From: Octopus bimaculoides
Taxonomy: Eukaryota
Reading direction: 5' to 3'
Assembly (NCBI RefSeq): GCF_001194135.2
Contig: NC_068996.1
Span: 54,525,474 to 54,582,735 of the forward strand
DNA length: 57,262 nucleotides
The notes under the pieces were generated by a model. That model was not told the origin of the DNA. It worked only from the letters and a program-made list of their open reading frames with translations, and did no database searches. Numbering within the stretch: position 1 is the first letter of the stretch; every line of letters starts with the position of its first letter. The position numbers were made by a program, and so were the translations under genes. Positions 12,565-25,559 of the stretch are shown here, one piece after another.

Positions 12565-13000
12565 TTAAAATGTAATAAAATTTTCGCAACTATTTCTATC
12601 AACAGTGCATGACATTTGTTCCATGTCCCACAGAACAATATCAGGTCTGTTATGTTTGCTCCGAATTGATGTTTTTATTGAAGTGTTCCACCAGTATCCA
12701 TTGTTTCTAAAGGTGTGAATACCTGCTGGTTCTGACATGGCTTTGATATATACGTTAAGGACAGTCCTTCCTGCGGATACCATTGTAAATAATCTTTACT
12801 ACTATATCATGCCTCAGGAGCAGGTTGCATCTCGTAGACATTTTGGAGCAGCTGCTGATGTGTGTGATATCATCCACACTGGTATAGCAAAGCCGACTTA
12901 TTTTATCACTTTGTGGAGGTTAGTGGCGCTCTTGTCCCTCTCATTTATCAGGTATTTAGTAGCTTCCAGCTGTTCCTGGATACCTGTCCTGGGTGGCATG
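12565..13000 (-). mobile_element. RLE-type (R4/NeSL-like) non-LTR retrotransposon fragment
   Basis: CCHC knuckle remnant RLCYTSVDDITHISSCSKMSTR...RHDIVK, followed by endonuclease-like WWNTSIKTSIRSKHNRPDIVLWD. Confidence 0.75.
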
Positions 13001-13517
13001 TAATGTATCTTATCACAGGTCCAGGAGACGCTACTCTTCCTGTCAATGCTGTTGTTATCCTCTAACTTACGGAATACGTTGCTCGTATGATGCCTGCTTC
13101 TCCTTCTGTTAAGGTTGGCAGGTCAAACCTCCTTTGGGGACGCATGAGACAACTGTATTCTCAGAAGTACCCGTACAGTAGTTCTTACTCCCACTTTCCA
13201 ATATGCATGGGATGCACACATTTCTTTCTTTACTGTTCATCAGGTTTTGTCTGAGTGATACAATGCTGCTTCGACTGACCTCATGCCTCTACCACCATCA
13301 TTTCATGGGATGCACACATTTNNNNNNNNNNTCTTTACTGTTCATCAGGTTTTGTCTGAGTGATACAATGCTGCTTCGACTGACCTCATGCCTCTACCAC
13401 CATCATTTCATCTCACATAAACCCTGTGGAAGTCGCTGTTGAAGTGACAGTTGCCAGTGGTGGTCAGTATCTTTTTGGGGTTTTCATGTATGTATGTATG
13501 TATGTATGTATGTATGC

Positions 13518-13551
<34 letters not shown>

Positions 13552-13899
13552 GTATGTGTGTGTGTGTGTGTGTGTGTTTTACGTATGTATTCTCATGCAT
13601 ATAGTTGCATATCTAGACATGCTCATATATATTTAAATGCTAAACTTCTGGAAAGTTTTACAGATTTTTTACAGTTCCAGTCATGGATTGGATCTGTAGT
13701 CTTCGAATTAGCTTTCTCCTTTCTGGTTTGGAAAAGCCTAATTTCTCAAGATTGGAATTTAGGCACTGTGTCACATATCCCAGTGCTCCAATAATTACAG
13801 GTATAAACCTGAACTTGTAATCTGGATAGAACAACTACGTGTGTATGTATGTATGTATGTATGTATGTATGTCCCTTCTCTCCTCTCCTTTATCTTACT

Positions 13900-14400
13900 C
13901 CACCTATAAAGGTAAGGGTTTAACCTATGAAAAGACTCCTCGGTGCCTCCTGTTGCAACTCCTCACTTCCAGTAACTCAAAGGTGATAGAAAGAGTAGTA
14001 AACAACCGCATCTTTTACGATTCAATGAGGGGACCGCTAAGTGGTCATCTAGCAGGCTAGAAACACCAGCTACTCTGGAAACACCACCTTAAAAAGCAAA
14101 AGACACTTTGAATAATGTAGTCGCATGTTAGGTAGGACGGTCTCGGTTTCGAATGCTCCTAGATCTGCTTCAACGAGAACGATCTGAATTTAAAAAACAA
14201 TAACATTTGGCGTCTTTCTATACTGATAGTGAGTGAGTCTCCAACGGAAATTTGGCTTAGCAGAGCAAAACTGCATTCGGAACCTGAGAGGAATCGTCTC
14301 AAATTTCAAGGAACTCAAATTTTTTTCAGCGAGTGATCTGTTACAGAGTCACGGACTCTTCCTTGGCTTGAACAGATCTTCCAGCTAAATTCTGAACATA
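13900..14400 (+). mobile_element. Short LINE RT remnants (CR1/L2-like, then RTE-like)
   Basis: KGKG...SKVIERVVNNRI near 13900-14020; RAKTAFG-like segment near 14250-14330. Heavily decayed. Confidence 0.35.
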
Positions 14401-14878
14401 TGCACCGGCTAAATCCTCTTCTTATAGGCCCTGGCTAGTGACCCTCACTTCCAATGATAAACTTTTCTAATTTATTATTAATTATATAAAACCAAAGTTT
14501 GTGTACTTCACTAAATTTTCCTTCATTTCGTCAACAATCTTTTCGCGGTTACTTCCAACAACACAACCTTATACAAGCGACATCTTTCCGTCCACGATTA
14601 GTTTTTGCCAATATAGACGTCATCTATAGAAAAAAAAACAGATCCAAGCACATATACTTTGAAATGATCGGGCCATGGAAACCAAGACACAATTACTAAA
14701 TATATCAAAGAAACACATCAGTATTCCCGTTATACTCATGAATACACAACCCAAACCATTACACTGTTTCCAAATACTTGATCTCTAAACGTTTGATTGT
14801 GACCACACATTTATTTCACTGCTAAATGCTTCGTAATCTACTAAAACTAACACCCAACATCCCTATTGCACTCTAGAA

Positions 14879-15125
14879 CATTAGTTCTCAACCATTTTTT
14901 TACCAACGGAACCCCTTTGGTTCCTATTTTAATCAGATGGACCCTCATAGCCATTTAGTGTTTTAAAAATCCTATTATATTTTATAATCATATATTAGGA
15001 GTTGTATTAAAAAAATTGTTAAAACGTTTTGTGTATTTTAGAAGCAATTTACTACAGATAAATTTTAATGACAAAATTCTATGTAGATCCCCAAGGGCCA
15101 TGTTGACCCCAGCTGAGAACCACTA
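14879..15125. mobile_element. hAT (Charlie-like) MITE
   Basis: Imperfect TIRs CATTAGTTCTC...GAGAACCACTA; 8-bp flanks CTCTAGAA / CTCTAGGG fit the NTCTAGAN target. Confidence 0.65.
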
Positions 15126-15372
15126 CTCTAGGGATTTTCATAAAAAGAGAGACACGTTGGGTATTGTCCTAGATATACTATGTCTGAAAATAAAAAGACA
15201 GCGTTGTTAGAGCTGGACTGTTTTTAATCCTAGGTTCCCTCAATTGCAGTTGATCTGGCAGCAAAACAATAACAAAACAAAACCAGAAGTGTATCACAAA
15301 AAGATTTACCATTTGGGAATTCAACAGTGTCTTCAGTTTGGACAGTAATCATGTAGCTCTCACACACACACA

Positions 15373-15420
<48 letters not shown>

Positions 15421-16454
15421 CACACGTGCGCGTGTGCGTTCTAGATTGCATCCCGAAACAGGTCATGCAACAGATTGATTCTACCGTTGCCCCCACCCAC
15501 GCCCCACTGCCGGACAGAGACACAATTTCCATTTCTTTGTTTCTTCTGTTCCTCTGGACTAGATTGTTATGTACCATTACGAAGCCAACACTCAACCCCA
15601 CCTAACGCGCCTTTTTTTTTTTTTCATCAGCTTCATGGTACTTTACCCCCAAAACTTCACCCCAAACTGCTACTTCCAGAATTACAACCCCCTAGAATTC
15701 CCTACTTGCTCACGATTTTCCAATCTAAAGATGAAGCTGTACATCAGCCTAATTAGTCTTCAAAAATAATGAGCACTGCCACCCCTTCCTCTTGAAAGAA
15801 ACAGAAAGATACACACAGAAACGAACAGAGAGAGAGAGAGAGAGGTGGGGACAAAAAGAGAAAGACAGAAAGCAAAGAGGTTGGAGCATTTGTGCTTTTT
15901 GTTTTTCTTCCAAATTGTTATTTCAGGATGACAAAGATGCTTATTTTGTCAATCTTAGATTGCAGAAACATTAGGCTTACCTATTCAGTGTTTGAACAGC
16001 GGATTACTCTCATTAACACTGGGGAGTTATATATTTAAAAGGTATTTTCGATCGACTTAGTGGGAGTATAAAGAGTAAATGGCACAGCTTTATGGACGTT
16101 GCTTTAACCGAGAATGCTAAATATCATAAAAGGCTTCAGACATCAGTCCAATAAAATGATTCGACAAAAAATATATATAAAAAAAAATAAAATAAAACAG
16201 AACAAAAATCACTGGCGCAGTATCAGACCTCATTTCATATGGCAAACGACTGATGTGTAAACTATATTTAGTTGTAAATCGATAGAAACATGGTTCACAT
16301 GAAGCATAACGTTCTGAATATGAAATTATTGGTTCCTCTTAATTGGCTGTGACATTTTTATAAAGATGCTTCTAGCTTAATAGTTTTGATGGATGTTCAG
16401 ATAATTATCAGCTATTTTTTATAGCTTTATTTTCTTTAAAAAAAAAAAAAGAAA

Positions 16455-16680
16455 TGTTACATAGTACATCTTTAACACTTGGTTAATATGATGGAGAGAT
16501 GCCAGTTGATATTTGCAACAGGTTAAACAACTTTTATCACGGTAAATACATAATGCGTCAGAAATCAGAACCCGCTTATCTAAAATACAAACTAACTTTT
16601 TACAGGAAACGCCTACTTGCCCGAGCATCCCCACATCACTTTTATCGGTCACACCTTATGCTCCACTTCCAGAATGCTAT
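16455..16680 (+). mobile_element. RTE LINE RT remnant
   Basis: Segments DGEMPVDICNRL and EIRTRLSKIQTNF. Confidence 0.4.
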
Positions 16681-17614
16681 TGACAAACAATAGTAATACT
16701 ATTTTATTATTTTTCTCTGTTCATATTGACAAATAAAAACTGTATTGAAAAAAATATTGACTTGTAGCATCATTAAACAATTGATAAGTCAATCTTATGT
16801 TGATTAGGGCGGCAGTATATCACAGGTAACATTACCTGAAGGGTCGTGATTCAACTTTCCGCTTAGATGCGCTGAGTGACTGACGAATTACCTTGTTTAA
16901 GGATCGGTTTTCCTGTCGTGGCGCTTGCTCAAAGGGCATAAATTAGACGTCACTGTTATTTGTAGAGGTAAAATTATATTAATCCCTCTTACATATTCTC
17001 CTCGTCTCACTTGATAAGCGCGTCACGAAAATAATGTAAAATAAAATGAATATATATTCAACATATAAATCTGATTATAGTACATATATATTGGTCATTT
17101 TAAATGTTTTCGCATAAACAAATATAAAATCGCTGTAAAGTTTTCTCTACAAGATATTGACAGTTTTAAACGTGATTGTCAAAATATAAGATGGCTGCTG
17201 AGGGATTCCGCTATTATAACTGCTGCTGACTTTTGATAAGCTTCACACTATAATTGCCTTCAAGCTGTAAATACCATCTCCGTGAGTGTTTGTATAAATA
17301 ACAATGCCTAAAATAAGACACTTTTCAAAGCACAGAATGGCATGATACATACATACATGCATATACATACGTACATACATACATGTACATACGTACATAC
17401 ATGTACATACATACATACATACATACACACATACATACATACATACATACATATACATACATACATATATACATACATACATACATATATACATACATGC
17501 ATGTACATACATACATACATACATACATGCATACATACGTACAAACATACATGCATACATGCATGCATGCATACACACGCACGCACGCACGCACACACAC
17601 ACACACACATATAT

Positions 17615-17964
17615 ATAGGCACAGGAGCGGCTGTGTGGTAAGTAGCATGCTTCCCAACCACGCGGTTCTTGGTTCAATCCCACTCTGTGGCACCTTGGCC
17701 AAGTGTCTTCTACTATAGCCACAGACCAACCAAAGCCTTGTGAGTGGATTTGGTAGATGGAAACTGATTGTTCCGCCACCAACACTTGACAACCGATGTT
17801 GGTGTATTTACGTCCCCGTAATTTAGCGGTTCGGCAAAAAAAATACCGATAGAATAAGTACTAGGCTTACAAAGAATGTCCGGGGTCGATTAGTTCGACT
17901 AAAAGCAGTGTTCCAGCATGGCCGCAGTTAAATGACTGAAACAAGTAAAAGAGTAAGAGTAAAA

Positions 17965-17968
<4 letters not shown>
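17615..17968 (+). mobile_element. tRNA-derived SINE (family B, head GGCTGTGTGGTAAG, tail TGACTGAAACAAGTAAAAGAG)
   Basis: tRNA-like head with GGTTCAATCC B box and conserved 3' half; preceded by a long (TACA)n run. Confidence 0.85.
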
Positions 17969-18006
<38 letters not shown>

Positions 18007-18359
18007 TTGCTATTATGTTAAACTGTCGTATGTCCAAATTTGGCCAAATGCGTTTTTTTTTCAACGTTTATTTTTGTTTGCAATACCCAGTTCTTTTGGT
18101 CAAACTATCGTATCTCCAGCTACTTTAGATACCAAGATATCAAAATTAGTCAAAGTGTTGTAAAACGGTTTTGTTTTGGAATGATGAAACTATTTTTTCG
18201 TTTTCTTAAAAAAGCAACGTTTTTGACTTACGAAACTTTTGCATAATAACGTTCTTGTGTTTTTACAGAGAACAGTCATCGTTTAGAGAAACTGAAGATA
18301 TGTCAAGTTCACACTAGATATGAAATCAATGGTATTTCTCTAAAACTGTTACTTTACAT

Positions 18360-19300
18360 TGGCCGCCCCATCGTCTCCGCTTGCAACTGCCTCACCGACA
18401 CTTCCACAATTTATTTCCACCCCCAAATCCACAAACCTAACAACCCTGGCTGCCCCATCGTCTCCGCCTGCAACTGCCCCACCGAACTCATCTCAAGATA
18501 TCTTGACCGTGTCCTTGCCCACCTAGTGGCTTCCCTCCCCTCTCACATCCATGACACCAACCATGCTCTTCGTTTGTTCAACCCTTTCTTCTTCCCTCCT
18601 GGCCCCTCTAAACTTCTCTTCACTCTTGACATCAAGAGTCTATACACGATCATCCCTCATCACGAGGGGCTGCGTGCACTCCAACATTTCCTTGACCTCC
18701 GACCCAACCCCCAAACTGACACATCCACACTCCTTCGTCTGGCCGTACTTCTCTCACTTAACTGCTTCTCGTTCGTGGGTGGTTTTTACCAGCATTCTCG
18801 GGAGTGGTCATGGGAACGAGAATGGGCCCCAACTATGCGAACCTGTTCGTTGGCTACGTTGAGGCCCAAATATTCTTAAGTTTCACTGGTCCCATTCCNN
18901 NNNNNNNNCTGTTCGTTGGCTACGTTGAGGCCCAAATATTCTTAAGTTTCACTGGTCCCATTCCCGTATCGCACGGCTGTATCGGTGCGACCTCATTCTC
19001 CCGCGAACATCTAGACTCTTTCCTCTCTATTGTCAAATCTTTCCATCCTGCCCTCCACTTCTCCTGCACTATTTCCGACACTTGTGTCGCCTTTCTCGAC
19101 ATTTCGGTCAGCATTCATCATTCCACTCTCACCAACTCCATCCACTACAAACACACAGAATCACACTCATANNNNNNNNNNTCCTTTCACCTACCACCCC
19201 ACCACCCTACCTCTCCAACGCACCATTCTCCAAGCCTTCCGGCGACTCCAGTCCGACCCCTCCACTTCGCACATCTTCCCCACTCTCGCCTACCCCACAC
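18360..19300 (+). mobile_element. Penelope-like element reverse transcriptase fragment
   Basis: PKIHKPNNPGCPIVSACNCPTELISRYLD, TLDIKSLYTIIPH, MGTRMGPNYANLFVGY, FLDISV, YHPTTLPLQRTI. The YIDD motif is deleted. Confidence 0.9.
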
Positions 19301-20329
19301 CCAACACCACCATACAACACCACACTCCATCACACCACATCACCACAACATACACCACCATACCACACTCCACACCACACACCACCACACCACACACCAC
19401 CACACCACCACACCACACACCACCACACACCACCACACCACACACCACCATACCACACCACATCACACCACCCCGCACACGCTGGCACTGACCACTTCCC
19501 NNNNNNNNNNNNNNNNNNNNNNNNNNNNNNNNNNNNNNNNNNNNNNNNNNNNNNNNNNNNNNNNNNNNNNNNNNNNNNNNNNNNNNNNNNNNNNNNNNNN
19601 NNNNNNNNNNNNNNNNNNNNNNNNNNNNNNNNNNNNNNNNNNNNNNNNNNNNNNNNNNNNNNNNNNNNNNNNNNNNNNNNNNNNNNNNNNNNNNNNNNNN
19701 NNNNNNNNNNNNNNNNNNNNNNNNNNNNNNNNNNNNNNNNNNNNNNNNNNNNNNNNNNNNNNNNNNNNNNNNNNNNNNNNNNNNNNNNNNNNNNNNNNNN
19801 NNNNNNNNNNNNNNNNNNNNNNNNNNNNNNNNNNNNNNNNNNNNNNNNNNNNNNNNNNNNNNNNNNNNNNNNNNNNNNNNNNNNNNNNNNNNNNNNNNNN
19901 NNNNNNNNNNNNNNNNNNNNNNNNNNNNNNNNNNNNTATATATATATATATAAGTAAAAAGTGTGTTATGAGTATTTATAGGATATAATCCTGTATAAAC
20001 TCAATTAACAGTTTAAAAATGAAGAGAAGATGTTAAAAGTTTTTATAAAGTTTTAAACCATACGATCGTTTTGAATGATAATACCAACATGTAAGAAACA
20101 TGGAAAAGTTAAATTAATTATAATAATAAAACAAAATTGATTTAATTACGTATTACGATTCTCCTCAGTGCAAAAGATGAAGAAAGCATGGCTCGAGAAG
20201 GAACAAGCAGCAAAGCCCATAGTTAAAGTAAGTTCTAAGAGCACTTGCGTAAATAGATTCTCTTAAATATCATGACGGCTCCTGAGATGTTGTCAATAGT
20301 TTTTGTTATTTAGGTGACTTCATTAGCTG

Positions 20330-20640
20330 TAGAGGCAAGTGAGCCTAGCAACCAGAGTAAATTCGGGTTGGAAAAAGTACTTTTTACTTCTACTGGCAAA
20401 AAAAGATTTCTCGTTTAGAATGAAGGAAGATTGTATAGCGTTTGTGCACGAAGTGCAATGCTGCATTATAACATGACTGAAATGCAGAGAATTTGCAAAA
20501 ACTAGTAAGAATTGAAACGTGCACCAGTGGATGTGTAGTATTAGTGTGCATAAACGACGGAATATCAACGAGCTGAGAGAAAAACGACTTATGAGAGTAT
20601 AATGTTGAAAAGAGAAGACTCTGGAAGTTCATTAATCATA
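20330..20640 (+). mobile_element. RTE LINE C-terminal remnant
   Basis: DFSFRMK / GRLYSVCARSAMLH resembles RTE KGRLYDACVRSAMLHGSETW. Confidence 0.5.
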
Positions 20641-20922
20641 CGAACAGAAATCGACATCACCCGATAAGGCCAGGACATTCTATAAAGTGGTTGGTTAATT
20701 CAACAAAGTCAACTGGTAAGAGGGTCAAGCGGCTTTTTTAGTTTTGCTGAGGGCAACCACATAATTCTCTCAGTAAATTGGATAGTATTATGAAGAGCAT
20801 TCAATCGTAGAAACCACGCTAAAAACAGAGGTGGGGAAACAAAACGCTGCCTTCCAAACCGCCAAGGAAGATCTCTTCACCCGATGCTTCTAAGGAAAAC
20901 GAACGTTATTCATATTACATAT

Positions 20923-21031
<109 letters not shown>

Positions 21032-21256
21032 TACATATATATATATATATATATATGTATANNNNNNNNNNNNNNNNNNNNNNNNNNNNNNNNNNNNNNN
21101 NNNNNNNNNNNNNNNNNNNNNNNNNNNNNNNNNNNNNNNNNNNNNNNNNNNNNNNNNNNNNNNNNNNNNNNNNNNNNNNNNNNNNNNNNNNNNNNNNNNN
21201 NNNNNNNNNNNNNNNNNNNNNNNNNNNNNNNNNNNNNNNATATATATATATATATA

Positions 21257-21442
21257 GTACAGTTCTATATTTAAGAGATGAGGAATTATGTACATTATTT
21301 ACATACTTTGCATTTGACGGATATTTAAACTCATCTTTGTTGTTAACACAACGTTTCGGCTGATATACCCTCCAGCCTTCATCAGGTGTCTTGGGGAAAT
21401 TTCGAATCTGGGTTCTCATTCCTAAGGTATTTTTCGATGTTG

Positions 21443-21529
<87 letters not shown>

Positions 21530-21595
21530 TCACTGACTGGAATCAAATTCGGAATCTTGAGGTTAGTAGTCCTCGCTCTTAACCACTACGCCATA
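21257..21595 (-). mobile_element. tRNA-headed SINE-like element containing a hammerhead ribozyme
   Basis: A box TGGCGTAGTGG (21593-21583), decayed B box ATTTGATTCC (21548-21539), (AAT)n spacer, hammerhead at 21390-21345, about 85-nt tail ending in (TA)n. Confidence 0.7.
21345..21390 (-). ncRNA. Minimal type-I hammerhead ribozyme
   Basis: GACAC-CTGATGA-A-GGCTG(gagggtatat)CAGCC-GAAA-CG-TT/GTGTT. Loopless palindromic stem III ACGT; GUU triplet with predicted cut between 21350 and 21349. Confidence 0.75.
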
Positions 21596-21720
21596 TACTT
21601 TTAAATGACCAAGAAGACACTCGAGTTTCAGTTGCACAAGATTTCCTTGATTATGTCGAGATAGAAAGATTGATGCATATATATGTGTGTATATATATAT
21701 GTATATAAATCTACATATTA

Positions 21721-22389
21721 CGAGGTATAATCAATAAGTATCCGGATTGTTGCCATAGTAACAAAGTTAAAGCAGGTAGAGTGAAGCCGCTTGGCAAATA
21801 TTGAATTTGAACTCTGCTGTGCATGCGCACTAAGCTTTAACATTCCAACTCACTTCTGCTGTTCACAGCAGTACTTGGAAGGAAGGCGTGTATGCGTGTG
21901 ATTGTCGCATTGACCATGACAGAGAAAGTTGCCATGGCTATACCTGCTCAGAGACCTACGCAAAGTTGCAGAAAGTGTATGGAGAGGTGTTTATGAGCTA
22001 CATACAAATATACGAGTGGTTCAGACACTTCCAAGATTGCAAAAAAGATGTCGATATTGAAGAACATTCTTGGAGACCCACAACCAGCAGAACTGAGAAA
22101 GACATTGCAGATGTGCGTGTAGCTGTGAGGGGAAATCATCAAATCACCATCCGTGAGTTATCAGAGGATGTGCAGATTAGTTACGGTTTAGTTCAGTCCA
22201 TTATCACTGAAGATTTGGGTATGAGACATGTGACTGCCAAGTTTGTGCCCAAACTACTTTCAGCTGACCAAAAAGACACTCGGAATTCAGCTGCACAAGA
22301 TCTCCTTGATTGTGTCAAGAATGATGAAAACTTTTTGAAAACTTTGTATTGGCCTCTGAGCAGGCATCACCAAACTTTTGGCGAAATTT
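21721..22389 (+). mobile_element. Mariner transposon, 5' part with a degenerate transposase N-terminus
   Basis: Starts TA|CGAGGTATAATCAATAAGTATCCGG; encodes ETYAKLQKVYG...YEWFRHF...GRPTTS-like...TIRELSEDV...LGMRHVTAKFVPKLL; truncated by an N gap. Confidence 0.88.
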
Positions 22390-22859
22390 NNNNNNNNNNN
22401 NNNNNNNNNNNNNNNNNNNNNNNNNNNNNNNNNNNNNNNNNNNNNNNNNNNNNNNNNNNNNNNNNNNNNNNNNNNNNNNNNNNNNNNNNNNNNNNNNNNN
22501 NNNNNNNNNNNNNNNNNNNNNNNNNNNNNNNNNNNNNNNNNNNNNNNNNNNNNNNNNNNNNNNNNNNNNNNNNNNNNNNNNNNNNNNNNNNNNNNNNNNN
22601 NNNNNNNNNNNNNNNNNNNNNNNNNNNNNNNNNNNNNNNNNNNNNNNNNNNNNNNNNNNNNNNNNNNNNNNNNNNNNNNNNNNNNNNNNNNNNNNNNNNN
22701 NNNNNNNNNNNNNNNNNNNNNNNNNNNNNNNNNNNNNNNNNNNNNNNNNNNNNNNNNNNNNNNNNNNNNNNNNNNNNNNNNNNNNNNNNNNNNNNNNNNN
22801 NNNNNNNNNNNNNNNNNNNNNNNNNNNNNNATATGTATGTATGTATGTATGTATGTATA

Positions 22860-23330
22860 TATAATACAAAGATGTAACAAGAACGCAAAACATCCAGACA
22901 GACGATACCAGGAAAACAAGGACAGGTCATTCGGAGTTTTCTTTCCTCAGTCGAGATCCAGATTATCTTTGCAATTTCGGCTGGTTATACTCGAGGTTGC
23001 TCCAATCTGGCCAGCTCCAATCTGGCCAGCCCCAAGGAAAAACTAAGCTAAGAGCATTAGATTCCTTGGAAGAAAGCAGCGAATGTATACAAAAACAGGA
23101 CGAAAAAAACGAACAATGTTACACAAAAACAATAAAAATAACAGGACATAACAACAGATTTCTTTCGACTAAGGACGAATAAAATTAAATTAAGCTGGCG
23201 TGTGTGGAAATAAGGCCCTACGGCAAGGATACAAGATTTCACAGGCACAGGGAGGAATAACGATGTTGCACGCACAACGGCCGGCCAAGAAAGAAAAAAT
23301 CGGGCTTCGCCGAACACCGGTCACGTGGGA
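22860..23330 (-). repeat. Dispersed non-autonomous repeat (second partial copy at 37738-37850, + strand)
   Basis: About 110 bp shared between the copies: GCCGAAATTGCAAA...CGACTGAGGA.AGAAAACTCCGAATGAC..GTCCTTGTTTTCC...CTGTCTGGATGTTTTG. Confidence 0.6.
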
Positions 23331-23548
23331 AGAGAAGAGAGAGGTAGAGGCAGAGGGACAAAAGAGTTAAGGAGGGGCAAGAAAAAAATGACAAGGACAC
23401 AATGAAGTGAAAAGTGGAGGGAAAGTGAGCAAGAAGAGAAGGCAAAGAAATATGAGAGAGGGGGAACGAAAGAACGAACAGTGGAATGAACGAAGGGTGA
23501 AGGGGCTGATAGACAGAAATAGAGTCGTACAAGATTTATATATATATA

Positions 23549-24573
23549 CAGGGTGCGATGGGTAAATTGTAGCCATTTTATATTTTTTCATTTCGTGCAT
23601 GCGTATTGTTTTGTTTTTTTTTAGTTTGTTCACTACACAATATGGTACGGTTAGTTGGTCTGTGAGATTTTTTCTTTCTTGGCCGGCCGTTGTGCGTGCA
23701 ACATCGTTATTCCTCCCTGTGCCTGTGAAATCTTGTATCCTTGCCGTAAGGCCTTATTTCCACACACGCCAGCTTAATTTAATTTAATTCGTCCTTAGTC
23801 GAAAGACATCTGTTGTTATGTCCTGTGAGAAAAACAGCACCACAAAACAATTCACTCTGCCAGAAATTTGGAAGCGACATGCTGTGTTGCTTGACATTCA
23901 CGCCGGAAGCTCCAATACGAACACTTCAGAGTGTTTGGGTGTCAATCTGAGGACAGTGCAATCTCAGAACATGTACTGAGAGTGATGAAAATCAGACATC
24001 CAGTCAACATCATGGTGTTTGGAGTAATTACTAGAGATGACGACGTTATGTCTCCATTCATCTTCCCACACAGCCTCATACTTATGCACGAAGGCCTACA
24101 TCAAGTGCCTGGAGGACGTAGTGCTGCCTTGGTTCAAGAGGATGGCTACTGGAACATCCTATGTCTGGCAACAGGACTCTACACCATGGCTGTCAGACAA
24201 TTTCTGCGACCACATCACCCCTATCATCTGGCCACCTAACTCCCCAGACTGCAACCACCTTGATTATTATGTGTGGGACGCAGTTGAGCAAAAGACCAAC
24301 AAAACTCCATGTAACACCAAAGATGAACTGAAGGTAAGGATTATGGCAGCATTGACCAACTTAAACAAAGAGAGCGTCCAGAAGAGTTACAGGAGATCTT
24401 GAAGTCGTCTGGAGACCGTGGTTGAAGCCAATGGCGATTTTATTGAATAAATTTACTGTTTAGTATTTCAAGATATTTGTATGTAATTTTGATAAATATA
24501 TCTGTTAAAATGTGATGGCAGTCTTATTTTCATTTTTGCGTAATTTGGACGACAGTTTATTCACCGCACCCTA
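23549..24573 (+). mobile_element. Internally deleted Tc1/mariner transposon of maT (DD37D-like) type
   Basis: TIRs CAGGGTGCGATGGGTAAATTGT / ACAGTTTATTCACCGCACCCTA; encodes HPVNIMVFGVIT, YVWQQDSTP, WPPNSPDCNHLDYYVWDAVE. Confidence 0.85.
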
Positions 24574-25559
24574 TGTGTATGCATGTATGTATGTATATAT
24601 ATATACACAAGAGTTACGGAATGGAGTAGATAAGATCCGGGCTACATATGTTTGATAGCGAGCGGAACCTCAGAAGTGATAAATATCCAAGCGAGATGCA
24701 TACCGGAGACTACTCTTCAGCCAAGGTTATCTTAATGAAATGAAAGTTTACATTGTCGTAAGGAGGTACATGTAAACGCATGGAAGATTCAACCAGAATA
24801 TATATATTATTGAAACTGAAACTCAAAGTTTGTTTCGCAGTTCAAGTTTCATTCCACAGCGATCTTCAAGCGAGAACTGTTACAAGTTGGTATTTGTATC
24901 TATTGGTATGTGTATGTTGTCGAGTACTTTATTTTGCTCCTTGGTGTATGTTTCATGTTTTTTGATTGGGTGCTGTTTTCGGGTCTCTTTATTGGTTTTT
25001 TAAGGTTATATTTTGTGATAAGGTGTTTGTATTTCTTCTAATTGTAGGTGGGAAAGTCTGTTATTAATTTTTAGGAATCGTTGTGGAGTTCATAATGGAG
25101 CATCTTTTGTGTGCGACTGTGTGCGCATGCACACATGTGTGTGCTTATGTGTACAAGTTTGGAAATGTTGTTTTGAAAAGAATTGTTTGTGAATGGGGTC
25201 AGTTGTAAAACTAATTAAGGACATATCTATTGCATGTAGTTATATCCCTAATGAATTGAGCTTTTCATTGAGTAATTGTTTTAAGGGATTGTTTTATGGT
25301 TAAGAAACTTGTTTCTAAGGATTTATGTATTTGTCGTTTTGAAAAAATATTTTGTGTTTGTGTTTGTGTTTGTGCGCGCGCATGTGTTTGTGCGCGCGCA
25401 TGTGTTTGTATACCTGTGCGTGTGCGCATTTGTGTGTTGCGAGTGCGTTTATGTCTTTGTGTGTGCGTGTGTTTGTTTGTGTACATGTGTGTTTCTGTGT
25501 ATGTAGTGCTCTGCGTTGTTTTAGAATTTTGAGGTATTTTTGTTTTGTAAGTTTGATAT

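Noticed and set aside
13206-13410. Direct repeats on either side of a 10-N gap (also 18839-18897 versus 18909-18957)
   Set aside because: Near-identical sequence flanking a minimal gap is typical of unmerged contig overlaps, not a real duplication.
15300-15360. Possible small minus-strand exon SYMITVQTEDTVEFPNG with a gtaaat donor
   Set aside because: No polypyrimidine acceptor (it abuts a GT microsatellite), no homology recognised and no partner exons.
17243-17792. Many overlapping ORFs rich in CMYV/HTYI (and similar ORFs at other microsatellites)
   Set aside because: Translations of (TACA)n, (CA)n, (GA)n and (ATT)n microsatellites.
22915-22960. CTGAGGA...GAATGAC..GTC motif (also at 37771-37803) as a hammerhead variant
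   Set aside because: GAAA is GAAU in both copies, the A15.1-U16.1 pair and UH triplet cannot be formed in register, and stem II is poor.
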